From positions 27,838,001-27,902,000 of the forward strand of contig CM059429.1 in NCBI GenBank assembly GCA_030390025.1: a stretch of 64,000 nucleotides of DNA. The letters are read 5' to 3'. This DNA comes from Squalus acanthias (Eukaryota). Made by a program: the position numbers and the translations under genes. A model generated the notes under the pieces. It had not been told where the DNA came from. It worked only from the letters and a program-made list of their open reading frames with translations, and ran no database searches. This document shows positions 38,558 to 52,357 of the stretch, one piece after another (position 1 is the stretch's first letter; the number at the start of each line of letters is the position of its first letter).

Positions 38558-39275
38558 GGCCCGTATTTTCCGATCGGAGGCTTCCTGCGTGAGGAGGCCT
38601 CCGATCTGGAAAAAATCTACAGACTTACCTGAGGGCTCCCGAGGTGCGTATACTTCTGTTCCTGGGCCTCTCCAACTCGAAATGTGCAGGGCCCACATAT
38701 CCCAGAGGCGCATGCAGTTCGCAAGCGTCCCTGGGATCATGTGGGCCATGGGGAGCCAATAGGAGAAGATAGACCTGTCAAATATATGAATGGAGATCAT
38801 CCCAAAAACACTGTAAAACATTAAATAAATTTTTTTTTAAATCACATTTTTTAAATGAGTTGAAATTACAATAAATTAAATATTTTAAACAAAAATTTAA
38901 TTTTTTGAAAAAAGTAATTAGTTTTTTTACAGGGCTAAAAATAAACGTACTTTTTTTTAAAAAGTATTTTTAAATGATAAATGAGTGAAAATGTTTTTTT
39001 TTTACTTTTTTCCTCTCTTATGCTGGTAAAAGCAGGTACCAGGTGTAAGATTTCTAAGGGTTTTCTGCGGGCGGAGGTTCTCCAGAAAGCGGAACTATCC
39101 GCCCGCAGAGGACCTACTCCAGGGCAGGCGTCCGATCTGTCAAGAGCATTCTTGACAGATCGGAAATGCCGGTTTTCAGCGCGTGCACTTGACATGCCTG
39201 AAACTGGCATTTCCGATGTCCCTACGGGTGTGTACACAGCGCGTACACACCCGTAGGGATCGGAATATACGGCCC
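38558..39275. mobile_element. Harbinger-type MITE family B, copy 2
   Basis: TIR GGCCCGTATTTTCCGATC / GATCGGAATATACGGCCC, ATA TSD. Confidence 0.85.
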
Positions 39276-39357
39276 ATAATGTTTAAATACAATTCTCATC
39301 AATTTTTGCGGTCGGCTTTGAGCCATATGCTGGTTATAAAATTCTTTGGATGATCTT

Positions 39358-40279
39358 GGGCCAGAATTTGCGGTGGGTATGACGGTGTACTCTCAGAGTA
39401 CGCCGTCATAACCTTTGAAATGGACAGCAAGTTCAGGATTTCCGCAAGTGCTAAATCCCAAATTTGCAATCTGACAAGTTACGATTTGACAGATGATCCG
39501 CACCGATGGGGAAATCCTCATTGCTGGTGCAGAGTTGGGCTAATTGCCCACCAACTGCCCAGCAATTATGAAAATTTTAAGGCTGATGCAAACAGGCACA
39601 GGACCTGTTTGCATCAGCGTAAGGGGATACCTCAAAAGATCCAAAGGATCGTTCGGCATGTTTTAACATCATTTTTATCTCAGATCGTTTGGTTATCTAG
39701 GAGGGAAATAGTGCTATTGTGTTTTTATCCTCCATTGCATTCCATAAAATGTCCGAGATTTTGCATGGAAGTCTGTGGCTAATGCAAAGGGACCATTATT
39801 AAATAAGAGGCGGTCAGGGCCATATGCGAATATATTCTCAGCAGTCGGACTGTTTAATTTTCTGCAATCGTGTACCGTTTGAGGTGTTCAAATTGATCCA
39901 TATATCGCCATCCCCATTCATAACTCAACATCGTTAATTAAACAGACACAAAGTACATATTTTACAAAAATGTATTGTATAGATGTTTATGCACATTTAA
40001 ATCCCGAAAGGTTCTAGTAGAGGGTTTAAATGAATGTATGGTTAAGTAACAAAATTGAGTTATGAATGGGGATTGCGATGTATGATGATTGGAGTACCAG
40101 GCCCGCGTGATCCCAGGTACGCTTCCACACACGCTGCGCCCCTGGGATCCGTGGGCCATTACGCTGCCCTCCAGTAAGCAGCATCAAACAGCAAGTTCGT
40201 GAAGGAGGGTCCCCATTAGGTAAGTTCGTATTCTATTCGGATACTGGTGACGTACGCCGCCGACCGCAAAATCTGCCCC
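39358..40279. mobile_element. Harbinger-type MITE family C
   Basis: TIR GGGCCAGAATTTGCGGT / ACCGCAAAATCTGCCCC, CTT TSD, subterminal hairpins. Confidence 0.85.
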
Positions 40280-41542
40280 CTTATCTGCTTTTGAGAGTGC
40301 CTATGTTGGCTCCTGCTACTGAATTGAAAGGTATCATAGGAAGCAATCTTTAGAAGACTCAAAATGGAGTGTAAGCTTTTTCAATAAACCTCCTGAGTTG
40401 ATCAAAATAGAATGAAAAGGTTGCATTAATGTGAATTTTGTGCATTACACAGATGTTTGTAGAGTAATAAACTCCAAGCCATAGGCCCAGGAACAAAATG
40501 ACACAGAAATGCTGGAGACAGAAAGAGAATTACAGTATGACGCATGTTATAGAGGAAGTATGAGAAACACTTCCTCTATTAAAGAGGGGAAATGTTAAAA
40601 TAAAGGGTTACTATATTTCCTATAAACTATTTATGCAAAAGGTGCTTTTCAAAGAGAAACTGATTTTTTTTTTGACCTCTACTGCACGTAAACTTCAACC
40701 AGACATTCCAGTTTCAATCATCATGAAGAATGACCAGCACACTTATGAGTGTTAACGCCTACGCTTCTTTCCCTCTCCTGATACTCCTACTTTTACTTAC
40801 CAATGAAATAACTTTAACACCCACACAGTAATGACAGGCTCATTGAACTGCTCTAGAGGTGCTGGAATATCAACAATGATAACACTGTCACTACAGTATT
40901 TAAGCAGTTTTCAAACTCTTAAAAGAGATTAATATGCCTTTTGTCCACCCACACAAACTGTATTTCCAAATTACTTGCAGCTTTTAAATATGCAAAAAGA
41001 TGATCCATTTGCACAGCCCAGTAGTTCACAGCCAACGCTGCAGGCTGTATTTTCATTAGTACCTATTGACAACATAAGCAGTCACATGTACCATCTTGCT
41101 AAATTGAAGACTGCTGCATGATTGAAGGGCAAGTCTGAAGGTCGAATAAGTCTGTCTTGCAGCCTACCCTCAGTTTGGCATGGCAATATGCTTGGTGCTA
41201 AATTTTCACCTGAATTGGCAGTAACACTGTTTCAAGTGCAAATGCCTTTGTACTTTTGCCCTAAGCACTATATATTATTTTAAATTTGATGTAAATTAAA
41301 ATGGTGGAACCGAAGGTGAATTTCCACTTTATTTGACTGCTATGCGTGGCATGCATGAAAGATAGGACTGTACACAAACATAGATGGCAGACAAGTGCCC
41401 ATACTCAGTAAAAATGGGAAGCCAACTTGATAAAGTGTGGGGGGGAAAAAGGGTCCTAGATTTTATAAATAAAGATATGGTACAAAACCAGAGAGATAAT
41501 GCTAAATGTATACATGTCATTCATTAGGCTAGTTAGAACATT

Positions 41543-41730
41543 AGGAGTGATTCCGTGGTCATAAACGGAACAACACTTGCACAGATTGCTGGCTGGGAAA
41601 TCGCAGGCATGCAGTATCTGATTTTCCATCCATTTAAATTAATAGGCTGAAAATAAAGCATTGTGGACCTGCGATTTCGCAGCCAGCACTTCCTGTGAGT
41701 AACAATGTGCCCAACTATGGAACTAGTCCT
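41543..41730. mobile_element. Small hairpin MITE
   Basis: Imperfect TIR AGGAGTGATTCC/GGAACTAGTCCT, internal IR GCTGGCTGGGAAATCGCAGG..CCTGCGATTTCGCAGCCAGC; interrupts CR1. Confidence 0.65.
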
Positions 41731-42094
41731 ATCGTGAACAGCTTTGGGTACCAGGGATGAGTGGCTTCAGGTATGAGGAGAAACTAAAGAAAATGGGACT
41801 CTTCATTAAAGCAAAAAAGGTTAAGAGGAAATCTGATCGAGGTGTTCAAAATGATGAGGGATTTGGATAAGGAAAATTGGGAAAAGATATTTTCACTGAA
41901 CAGTGAGCTGGTAACCAGATGGCATGAAGTTGAGATCAATGCCAAAAGAATGAAGGGAGAGATTAAGGGATTTTTATTTTTGTACAGAGTATTGTTACGG
42001 CATAGAATGCCCGACCAGAAACAGTGTTGGAAGCATAATTCATAATAGCTTTTAAAAGGGAAGTGGGTAGAAATTTGAAAAAGAAAAATTTAAA

Positions 42095-42972
42095 GGGGGA
42101 AAAATTCAGTATCGCCCCGTTTGGGGAGCAATTATCGGCCGGGCGCAAAGATTGGCGCCTGGCGCTAATTATCGCCTCCAAATGCAAACTTGACTTTTAT
42201 CGCCCCTGGAGGTGATTGGAGCGCTAAATCGGGCGCTACACATCTGTCTTAAGGCGCAAAGGCCGAGGAGCGAGGCGCTAACTCAGAGTGCTGGCGAAGC
42301 TCATGTGATGTCAGTCAGCAATGGAACACAGACACAATGGCCCCGACCAGTTCTTAAAGGGGAGGGTTGATCTTGCTTTCCATCCACATCCTGTTCATTG
42401 CAGCCTTGAATCTCGGCCTGGAGAGACCTGTACATCAAATCTGCTGGAAAGAACAATGGAGAGGCCCAGGGAAAGAGCTCAGAGTGCAGCTCCCACAGTC
42501 TCTTCTAAATCGATACAAGGAAGGGCAAATCAAAATGAACCTGCAAAGTGCTGCTCAGTACCCAAAACTCCTTCACACAGCGTTGAATCTCTCCAGAAGT
42601 CTCTCTCTCTCTCAGAATGCGTGGTTCAAAAATGTCGCCAACAAAAAAAGGCAGGAAGCAGTCGCCTTTAAATAGCACTTCCCCGGTCCCTTCCTGACTG
42701 CAAAACGCTCCCCTCAACCTGTCGTTGCCAGCGGCAGGCGGTAAGGCAGGGGGCGCCACTCAATATCCGCTCCGGGGCGTTGCGCACTCGACTGACGTCA
42801 TGATCTGCCAGCGCAGGAGATCGTGGCGGTACTGTTTAGCGCCGCCACAAAATGTCTAGTTAATTTCGCAAGCGGTGCAAACATCGCCGCGCCCGGGCGC
42901 TAGTTGCTTTGCGCCCCATTAGCGCCCTCTTAAGGTGCTAACGGGAGGCGCAACCAACTGAATTTTTCCCCC
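42095..42972 (+). mobile_element. Harbinger-type MITE family A, copy 2 (complete)
   Basis: Perfect TIR GGGGGAAAAATTCAGT / ACTGAATTTTTCCCCC, AAA TSD. Confidence 0.9.
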
Positions 42973-44521
42973 AAAGGGTACAGGGAAGGGACAGCTGAAT
43001 GAGACTAAGTGGACAACTCTTTCAGAGAGCTGGCACAGGAACAATGGGTTCCTTCTATACTGTAAAATTCTATAATCCTGGTTGGAGCATTTCTGTTTTG
43101 TTTCTATTGTCAAAATTTATTTTCAAAATTTTCTTTTGCTAAACTTTTGTGTATTCTGGAGAAATGTTCATCTAGTATGTTTTTTTCCTGCACTGCTTCA
43201 TAATAATACCAACCATATGCAGATACTAAATTGCATAAGAAGCATAAAGGTCAAGTTATTTTGTAGGACATTCTCGTGTGGCGTGTCCCCTCATCTAAAT
43301 ATCATACTTGCTAATACCAAAGTAAGCAGTGAGGCAAAAATATCTACCAGTAAAAGCTAATGTAATCCCCTTGTTTGCACCACTGAGTTAAATCGTAACA
43401 GCTGATCTTCCTCTCTTGGCACTGTCCAAGAGAACTTAGTGCTGAGCTCACTGGAAGTGCACTATTGGGGTCCAAGAGCTGAGTGCCTGAATTTCCTCTA
43501 GGGCCTCATTTGAATTCCAATTACATGCATCAGACACATGTGGGAACACAATATTGGTTGCAGCCATGAAGAGGAAGTATGGGCGCTCTTTGAGCCAGTA
43601 GAAATCTTAAAAGGCAGACACAGTGGAAGCCCCAGGAAAGAGATATCAAGGTATGTGAATATTCTAGTGCACAGAATAGAAAATATTAAAAATGCCAGCT
43701 GCAGATGAGTTTTGGAAAGTGGTAAAATTAATTACAGCTGGACAAAAGTTGTCTTTCAGTTGTGTAGGCTTCTCCTTTAGTGAAATGTGACATATCCTGA
43801 CAACATGTGTATGCTGTTGTGCCGTGGAAGAGTTGGCAGCAATAACCCCAACAAGAGTCTGGGCTCTCTAGCAGTCTATCTGAGAAGGTTTTGGAAAAAG
43901 GAGTACTGTAGTGAAAATCAGCACGCGCACACACACACACACTTTAAATAAAGAACTGTAGTGTTCATTGTCACTTCAGAATATAGAAGAAGAGGGTTCG
44001 GAAAACATTGGTGTTGAGATAGAATAAGGGTGATGGTTTTACTGTAAAGGAGCTTTTTTATTGAAGGCAGGATTTGTTTAGCTTAAACCCGCAACAGTCT
44101 GACCCAGAGGCAAGAATACTACCAAATAAGCCAAGCTAGCTCATGTCTTTGAGTTCCTTTCTTTGTTACTTGCCTTCTTTTTCTTTCTGTTCTCTCTTTC
44201 TTTGTTTTTTTCTCCCCATCAATGTCTCTACTCACCCCCAACCAAAATGGAATGCAGATACAATACAGAATTCGCCCATGAGTGCTTGCTGGTAGATCAA
44301 GCTGACAAATCAAGGAACAACAATAATAATCGCCTTGTTCTGAAAGCTTGTTATATTTTTTATCTTAACCGTCAGACTTAAAATTGGATTGCGTAGAAAT
44401 CAAAATGAACACAGAAAAGTTACACAAAGGCTTTTGATTTACTGGACACTGTCAGGTTTTCCACTTTCTAATATGGATAGGTTACTGCTCTTGCATTGTA
44501 AATGTGATAGTAAAGAAATTT

Positions 44522-45265
44522 CCAGGTGAAACAGCGATTTACTTGTACTTCTTGCAATTTAGTATACTGTATTCGCTGCTCACGATGCGGTCTCCTCTAC
44601 AGTGGGGAGACCAAACGCAGATTGGGTGACCGCTTTGCGGAACACCTCCGTTCAGTCCGTAAGGGTGTCCTCGAGCTTCCGGTCGCCTGTCACTTTAATT
44701 CTCCACTCCACTCCCACTCAGACCTCACTGTCCTTGGCCTTACACTGTTCCAATGAAGCTCAACGTAAGCTCGAGGAACAGCACCTCATCTTTCGATTAG
44801 GCATTTTACAGCCTTCTGGACTCAACATCGAGTTCAACAATTTCAGACTATAACCTCTGCCCCTCTCTTTTTTTTCCATTTTTTTCTCTCTCTCTCACAT
44901 GGCAGCTGTCTTTCATTCTGCTGTTGCCATTTACACTTCATCTAGAGCCATCTTTTGTTTCTTAACTTGTCCCATTACCATCTCCTTTTGCCTTGCACCA
45001 TCATCCCTTTTGTCTCTTAATCTCTCCTGCCTTCCATCCTATCAGACCTTCCCTTTTGTTCTTTCCTCCCGTCCCCTCTTTCCCTGCCCCTACACTTGCT
45101 TAAAAACCTGTTCTATCTCCAGCTTTTTCCAGTTCTGATGAAGGGTCATTGACCTGAAACGTTAATTCTGTTTCTCTCTCCACAGATGCTGCCTGACCTG
45201 CTGAGTATTTCCAGCATTTTCTGTTTTTATTTCAGATATCCAGCATCCAGTATTTTGCTTTTGTG
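44522..45265 (+). mobile_element. PLE family B 3' fragment with GIY-YIG remnant
   Basis: NLVYCIRCSRCGLLYSGETKRRLGDRFAEH; 12-bp TSD GTAAAGAAATTT (44510-44521, 45266-45277). Confidence 0.92.
45131..45167 (+). ncRNA. Minimal hammerhead ribozyme motif
   Basis: AGTT-CTGATGA-AGGGTCATTGACCT-GAAA-CGTT-AATT. Confidence 0.75.
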
Positions 45266-47275
45266 GTAAAGAAATTTGTTGTTTTTATTTTTTCTAAGGC
45301 ACATTTTGCACACATCCTATCTACAAAGCCTTATTTCCTCTTGTCACAATTCATGTCAAATTTTTCCCATGCTGCTATGTGCAAAGAGAAAAAATGTTTC
45401 CAACAATGTCCAATATTGTCACCCATTAAAGATAAAAATATAATTCCAGTATAATTGTAGCAGTCTAGATGTGTTGCTGCTTGCTGCTCTAAGCTTAAAT
45501 TTAGAGAGAAATTCAATAGAGTAACCCCAGACTAAAGTGAGGCCTGTATGCTTCTGTCTTTTACAGAATAAAACTTAAAAATTGAGTTCCAAAATCTACC
45601 ATTTATAAAAACAAAATTAGTTGCAATGTATTATGGATCATTTCTGTAACCTCTTGTTTTTTAAATAAATATGCTTAAATGGCAAGCACAGGGCCATTGA
45701 AAAAATGGCTGGGACTGGTAAGGGTGAAATAAAATAAGATTAAAATGTTAGATTGGTATCCTGAAGTTTTGGTGATTGTATCGTGAGTTGGGGAGAAACT
45801 TCATGTTTACTTGCTTTATAGGTTTTACCTGTTTTTTATAAACCTTCAGGAGACTGAATAGGTTGAGGAGAATCAATGACAACACAAATTGTACATAGTC
45901 TGTTGGAAGAAACAGGCTTAATGAACCAAGTGGCCTTTTCTCATTCGATCCTTTCTTATGTTTTTATTGAGGAATTACTGAGCCTGACGATGTGAGGGTT
46001 GAATTACTAAGGGCAAAGAGATAACTGTTAGCCCAGGCTGCGTCAGCAGCCAAACCATCTTAATTATGTACATTAATTCAGCTTTTGTGCATTGTCCGAC
46101 TATGGTTGCACCCCACAATACTATTTAAACAAAAAATATCTCCAAAAAAGGAAAAGAAACAGACAAAAAATGGTTAACGTTAATCCTAAATTTAAATGTT
46201 TTTAATTTTCTGCTTTACGTCTTCTCTCAAAGATACTGAATTACATCGAGTCTACAACACAGAAACAGGCCATTCGTCCCAACTTGTCCATGCTGGCGTT
46301 TGTGCTCCACATGAGCCTCCTCCTATCCCTCTTCATCTAACCCCATCAACATATCCTTCTATTCCTTTCTCCCTCATGAGCTTATCTAGCTTCCCCTTAA
46401 ATGCATCTATGTTATTTGCCTCAACTATTCCTTGTGGTAGCGAGTTCCACATTCTCATCACTCTTTAGGTAAAGAAGTTTCTCCTGAATTCCCTATTGGG
46501 TTTATTAGTGGCTATTTTATATTTATGGCCCCTAGCTTTGTTCTCTCTCCCCCCACCCCCCCAGGTGGACACATTTTTCTCCACAAACCCTTTCACTACT
46601 TTAAAGACCTCTATCAGGTCAGCCTTCTCTTTTCTAGAGAAAAGAACCCCAGCCTGTTCAGTATTTCCTGATTGTAATGACCTCTCGAGTCTGGTATCTT
46701 TTTTGCACCTTCGCCAATGCCTTTTATATTATGGAGAACAGAACTCTGCATAGTACTCCAAGTGTGGTTTAACCAAAGGTTCTTTACAAGTTTAACATGA
46801 CTTTCTGCTTTTCAATTCTCTCAGTCTAGAGATTAACCCCAATGCTTGGTTAGCCTTTTTTTTTAAATGGCATTAACCTGCGTCGCTACTTTTAGTTTGT
46901 GTATCTCTACTCCTAGATCCCTTTGCTGCTATACCCCATTTAGACTTATTATCCAAGCAGTATGTGGCCTCCTTATTCTTCCTACCAAAATGTACCACCT
47001 CACACTTAACCTTGGTGTCATATTTGACCGAGATGAGCTTCCGACCATCTGTGCCATCACAAAGACTGCCTATTTCCACCTCTGTAACATTGCCCGACTC
47101 CGCCCCGCCTCAGCTCATCTGCCGCCTTCTTGAACCACTGCAGTCCGTGTGGCGAAGGTACTCCCATAATGCTGTTAGATAGGGAGTTCCAGGATTTTAA
47201 CCCAGCGATGATGAAGGAACGGCGATATATGTTCAAGTCAGGATGGCGTGTAACTTGGAGGTGGTGGTGTTCCCA

Positions 47276-48632
47276 ACAACAACTTGTATTTATATAGCTC
47301 TTTTAATGGAATAGAATCATAGAAGTTTACGGCACAGAAGGAAGCCATTCGGCCCATCGTGTCAGCGCCGGTCGAAAAAGAGCTATCCAGCCTAATCCCA
47401 CTTTCAAGCTCTTGGTCCGTAGCCTTGCAAGTTATGCATATCCAAGCACTTTTTAAATGCGATGAGGGTTTCTGCCTCTACCACCATTTCAGGCACTGCG
47501 TTCCAGACCCCCACCGCCCTCTGGGTGAAAACATTTCTCCTCAACTCCCCTCTAATCCTTTTACCAATTATTTTAAATCTATGCCCCCTGGTTATTGACC
47601 TCTCTGCTAAGGGAAATAGGTACTTCCTATCCACTCTATCTAGGCCCTTCATAATTTTATTCCCCTCAGCCTCCTCTGTTCCAAAGAAACAACCCCAGCC
47701 TATCCAATCTTTCCTCAAAGCTAAATTTCTCCAGTCCCGGCAACATCCCCGTAAATCTAATGTAGTAAAATGTCCCAAGGCACTTCACAAGAGCGTTAAA
47801 AAACAAAATTTAATACCGAGTCACATAAGGGGATATTAGGGCAGATGACCAAACGCTCAGTCAAAGAGGTAGGGTTTAAGGAGCGTCTAAAAGGAGGAAA
47901 GAGAGGCAGAGAAACTAAGTGAGGGAATTCCAGAGCTTAGGGCCTTGGCAGCTGACGGCACCGTCGCCAATAGTGGAGCGATTAAAATCGCTGATGCTTA
48001 AGAGGCCAGAATTGGAGGAGCGCAGATATCTTGGAGCGTTGTAGGGCTGGAGGAGATTACAGAGACAGGGAGGGGCGAGGCCATGGAGGGATTTGAAAAC
48101 AAGGATGAGAATTTTAAAATCAAGGCATTACTTAACCGGGAGCCAATGTAAATCAGCGAGCACAGGAGTAATGGGTGAGCGGGACTTGGTGCGAGTTAGG
48201 ACACGGGCAGCAGAATCTTGGATAACCTCAAGTTTACGGAGGGTAGAAAGTGGGAGGTCGACCAGTAGTGCGTTGCAATAGTCAAGTCTAGAGGTAACAA
48301 AGGATGTTTCAGCAGCTGATGAGCTGAGGCAGGGGCGGAGTCAGGCAATATTACGGAGGTGGAAATAGGCAGTCTTAGTGATGGCACATATGATCGGAAG
48401 CTCATCTCAGGGTCAAATATGACACCAAGGTTGCGAACAGTCTGGTTCTGCCTCAGACAGTTGCCAGGGAGAGGGATGGAGTCGGTGGCTAGGGAACGGA
48501 GTCTGTGGCATGGACCGAAGACAATGGCTTCGGTCTTCCCAATATTTAGTTGAAGGAAATTTTTGCTCATCCAGTACTGGATGTCGGACAAGCAGTGTGA
48601 CAATTTAGAGACAGTGGAGGGGTTGAGAGAGG
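47276..48632 (-). mobile_element. L2 LINE 3' part (tail 47276-47310, body 47757-48632)
   Basis: WMSKNFLQLNIGKTEAIVF, VRNLGVIFD; tail matches 56660-56717. Confidence 0.85.
47311..47756 (-). mobile_element. CR1 3' fragment inserted in the L2 tail
   Basis: TRGHRFKII..RNVFTQRAVGVWN; ATAGAATCATAGAA tail; TAATG duplicated at the flanks. Confidence 0.85.
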
Positions 48633-51384
48633 TGGATACTCCTGCTGGCCTTGTCCTTCTAGGTGGTAGAGGCCGCGGTTTTAGGAGATGCTGTCAAAGA
48701 AGCCTTGGTGAATTCCTTGTAGATGGTACACACAGTGCGCCGGTGGTGGAGGAAGTAAATGTTTAAGGTGGTGGAGGATGGGGTGCCGATCAAGCGGACT
48801 GCTTTATCCTGGAAGGTGTCGAGCTTCTTGAGTGTTTTCGAGCTGCACCCATCCATGCAAGTGGAGAGTATTGCATCACACACCTGACTTGTGCCTTGAA
48901 GATGGTGGAAAGGCTTTGGAGAGTCAGGAGGATGTGTCACTCACCGCAGAATACTCAGCCTCTGACCTGCTCTTGTAGCCACAGTATTTATGTGGCTGGT
49001 CCAGTTAAGTTTCTGGTCAATGGTGACCCCTGGGATGTTGATGGTGGAAGATTCGACGATGGTAATACCATTGAATGTCAAGGGGAGGTGGTTAGGCTCT
49101 TTCTTGTTGGAGATAGTCACTTTTGTTGGCACTTGTGTGGCGCGAATGTTACTTGCCATTTATCAGCCCAAGCCTGGGGGTTGGCCAGGTCTTGCTGCAT
49201 GCGGGCATGGACTGCTTCATTATCTGAGGAATTGTGAATGGAACTGAACACTGTGCAGTCATCAGCGAACATCCCCACTTATGACAGAGAGGTCATTGAT
49301 GAAGCAGCTGAAGATGGTTGGGCATCGGACACTGGCCTGAGTAACTCCTGCAGTGATGTCCTGGGGCTGAGCTGATTTGCCTCCAACAACCACAACCATC
49401 TTGAAATTAATTTGCCAATTAAATGCCCATTCTGCAAGTTTATTAATATCATCTTGTATTTTGTCACATTCTTCCTTTTGTATTAACTACACCCCCCAAT
49501 TTGGTGTCATCCGCAAATTTAGAAATTGTACTTCTGATTACTAAGTCCAAATTGTTAATGAAAATGATGAACAGCAGTGGTCCCAGCACCAATCCCTGTG
49601 GAACAGCACTTCCTATCTTTTACCAGTCTGAGTAGCTTCCCATAACCCCTACTGTTTTCTGCTTTGTAGCCAGGTTGCTGTCCATTCTACAACCTGTCCC
49701 CTGACTCCATATGCTCTGACCTTAGTCATGAGTCTACTATTTGTTACCTTATCAAAGGCCTTTTGAAAATCTAAATATATTACATCTACTACATTACCCT
49801 GTCTACTCTTTGTTACCTCTTCAAAAAATTTAGTAAGGTTGGTCAAGCATGCTGACATACTGTTTCTCTGGTCATTCCTAACCTGTGAGCCCCAGTCATT
49901 ATAAATGAAGACAAGACTGATGACTAACACACAGAAGCATAAATCCAGCAAATGGCACTGAACAACGATCAGAAAGAAGGTAACTGGACAATTTCCTCTT
50001 TCCCACAGCCCAGGGACACGAAGATCAATTGTAGCAATTCCATCACCACCCGAGGTGATATTGGCTAACTCAACATAGACCAGGGATTGAACCAGAGATC
50101 TTCCTGGTCAGCATGGCTTGGTGCGACTCTACTGAGCAATAAGGAAAACAACTTTAATGTTTGAAAAGGATGTTTTCAGACCGTGGTCGAATGCACTCAC
50201 TATATGTGGAGTGTGTGAATTTTAAGTTTGCCCCAGGTGGCAATTAGTTTATTTCAATGTACTGTGCTTTGTTTTTAAAATGACTGGCACTAAAATGCCC
50301 ACCTATTTAATTGCAAGTTAATTTCTGTGAATGACTGACACTTTACTAGTTTTCATCTTTGTAGATATCATAGCAATGATGGAATTCTGGTACAAACACA
50401 CAGACAGGCACAAACGGGCAGGGTACTAAAAATGAGTCCAAGACTTCACTTAAAGTAAATTGCAAAAAGTTATTCACTAGACAGGGATTAAGTACATCTG
50501 TATGCAATGATGAAAGGGTAGGAAAGATTAATTTCATTATGCTGCCTACATATCTCCCACATGCTCTGTAGTCTGATTAATGGGATGAATAGAGTCCTTG
50601 CACTGTGACCTAACAATAAATAAATATTCAGTGCACAGGCAGCCAAGTGGAGATAAGAATTCTGTCACCCACGCAGTTGCTGTAGGTCAAACACCTGCTT
50701 AATGAATTGTAGTTTAGTACCAGTTCCAAAATGACAAAATATTCCTCTAGATTTCAGTTTTTTGTATCACAGGCATTGTATTGTTTTGGCAATCAATTGA
50801 GCTGAATCATCTGCTTCCCGCACTTTAAATTCACTATTTGTGATAACAGTTGTGAAAATATCTATCTATTGGCAATACAAAAGGCTTCAGAACACAGTAC
50901 AGCAAAGTCATTCTTGGTCAAAAATCCTAAGGATTAGCAACCCAAATCTACGCCATATGTAGATGAGGATTGTATTGCCTTTCAGTTATTTTCCAGCCTA
51001 GTTTCAGACATTCTGGGAAGGTTGCAATTTGATTTCCCTGAATTGAATTCTTACCAACACAGTTTCTGTGCTATTCTTTCCCGATATCAGCTGAAATCAC
51101 AATGTATGTTGAAATGAAAGAGGAACTCTACTGTGGTCAAGTTTTCGGGATAAAACAGGCCTGTTCTCAATGCTTAACATTCAAACAAGCCTCACAAAAC
51201 ATGAAACCTCCACTCCATTAACTGAGAACAGAAAAGTTCTTTCCTGGAAATGACATTGTAATTGTACCCTATATACACACATCACTATATGTAAATGAAA
51301 GCTTTAAGAATGTCCATCACACTCCAGGATCACTCTTGAAAGGGTTAAAAGTATATATTAAAAAAAAGAATGGCATGCTTTTTT

Positions 51385-52140
51385 TTCTGATCCCAGATGA
51401 GCCGTAATTTCCTCCAGTTAAACATTGGAAGACCAAAGCCATTGTCTTCAGCCTCACCACAAACTCTGTACCCTCGCCACCGATTCTATTTCGCACCCAG
51501 CCACTATCTCAGGTTGAACCAGACTGTTTACAGCCTATTTGACCCTGAGCTTAGCTTCTGACCCCATGTCCTTTCCATTATAAAGACTGCATACTTATAC
51601 CTCTGTAACATCACCCAACTGTGCCCTTGCCTCAGCCCATCTGCTGCAGAAACCCTCATCCATGCCTTTGTCACCCCATGATTCGACTATTGCAATGCTC
51701 TCTTGCCGTGTCTCCCATCCTTCAGTTTCCATGAACTTTAGCTCATGCAAAGCTCTGCAACCCCTATTCTATCCAGCACCAAGTCCCATTCACCAGTCAC
51801 TCCAGTGCTCATTGACCTACATTGGCTCCTGCTCCCCCAATGCCTCAAATTTAAAATTCTCACTCTCATGTTTAAATCCCTTCATGGCTTCATCCCTCCT
51901 TATCTTTGTAATGTTCTCCAGCCCTGAGAACTCTCCGTTCCTTTAACTCTGGTCTCTTGTGCAACCCCCCTCTCTTTGCCTTCAGCAATCAAGGCCCTAT
52001 GCTCTGTCCCTACACCTCTCTGTCTTTCCACCTTCCTCTCTTCCTTTAAGACCACTTCTAAAAACCCACCTCTTTGACCATCTTTTAGTTACCTCTCCTA
52101 ATATCTCCTTCTTTGGCTTGGTTGCAATTTGTGTCTAACA
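51385..52140 (+). mobile_element. Degenerate L2 LINE 3' part
   Basis: HSPVTPVLIDLHWL..KFKILTLMFKSLHG. Confidence 0.85.
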
Positions 52141-52306
52141 ATTAAACTATGATAGACCTCAGAACTTATTTGGGTCAGTTCCCTGTAGGAAATACTTAAG
52201 TAGTGGCCTTAAGGGGACAGGCTATATTAGCAGCTAAACATCATAACCATCTCTAGATCCAAGACTATTTAATGAGCAGCACTACAAGCTAAAAAACCTA
52301 AATATT

Positions 52307-52310
<4 letters not shown>

Positions 52311-52347
<37 letters not shown>
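52311..52347. repeat. (AT)n microsatellite
   Basis: About 18 AT units. Confidence 0.95.

Positions 52348-52357
<10 letters not shown>

Larger units (their letters stand above)
41340..43080 (+). mobile_element. Degenerate CR1 3' half with two MITE insertions
   Basis: LDFINKDM, KRLRGNLIEVFKMM frames; tail ATTCTATAAT. Confidence 0.75.
47123..49400 (-). mobile_element. Second copy of the 28310-type LINE (parts 47123-47275 and 48633-49400)
   Basis: GVTIDQKLNWTSHINTVATRAGQRL shared with ORF 29866-30702. Confidence 0.85.
46240..49850 (-). mobile_element. CR1 LINE split by nested LINEs (CR1 parts 46240-47007 and 49401-49850)
   Basis: KCEVVHFGRKN frame breaks at ~47007 and CR1 resumes at ~49401 (KFADD, DFQKAFDKV). 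Confidence 0.82.
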
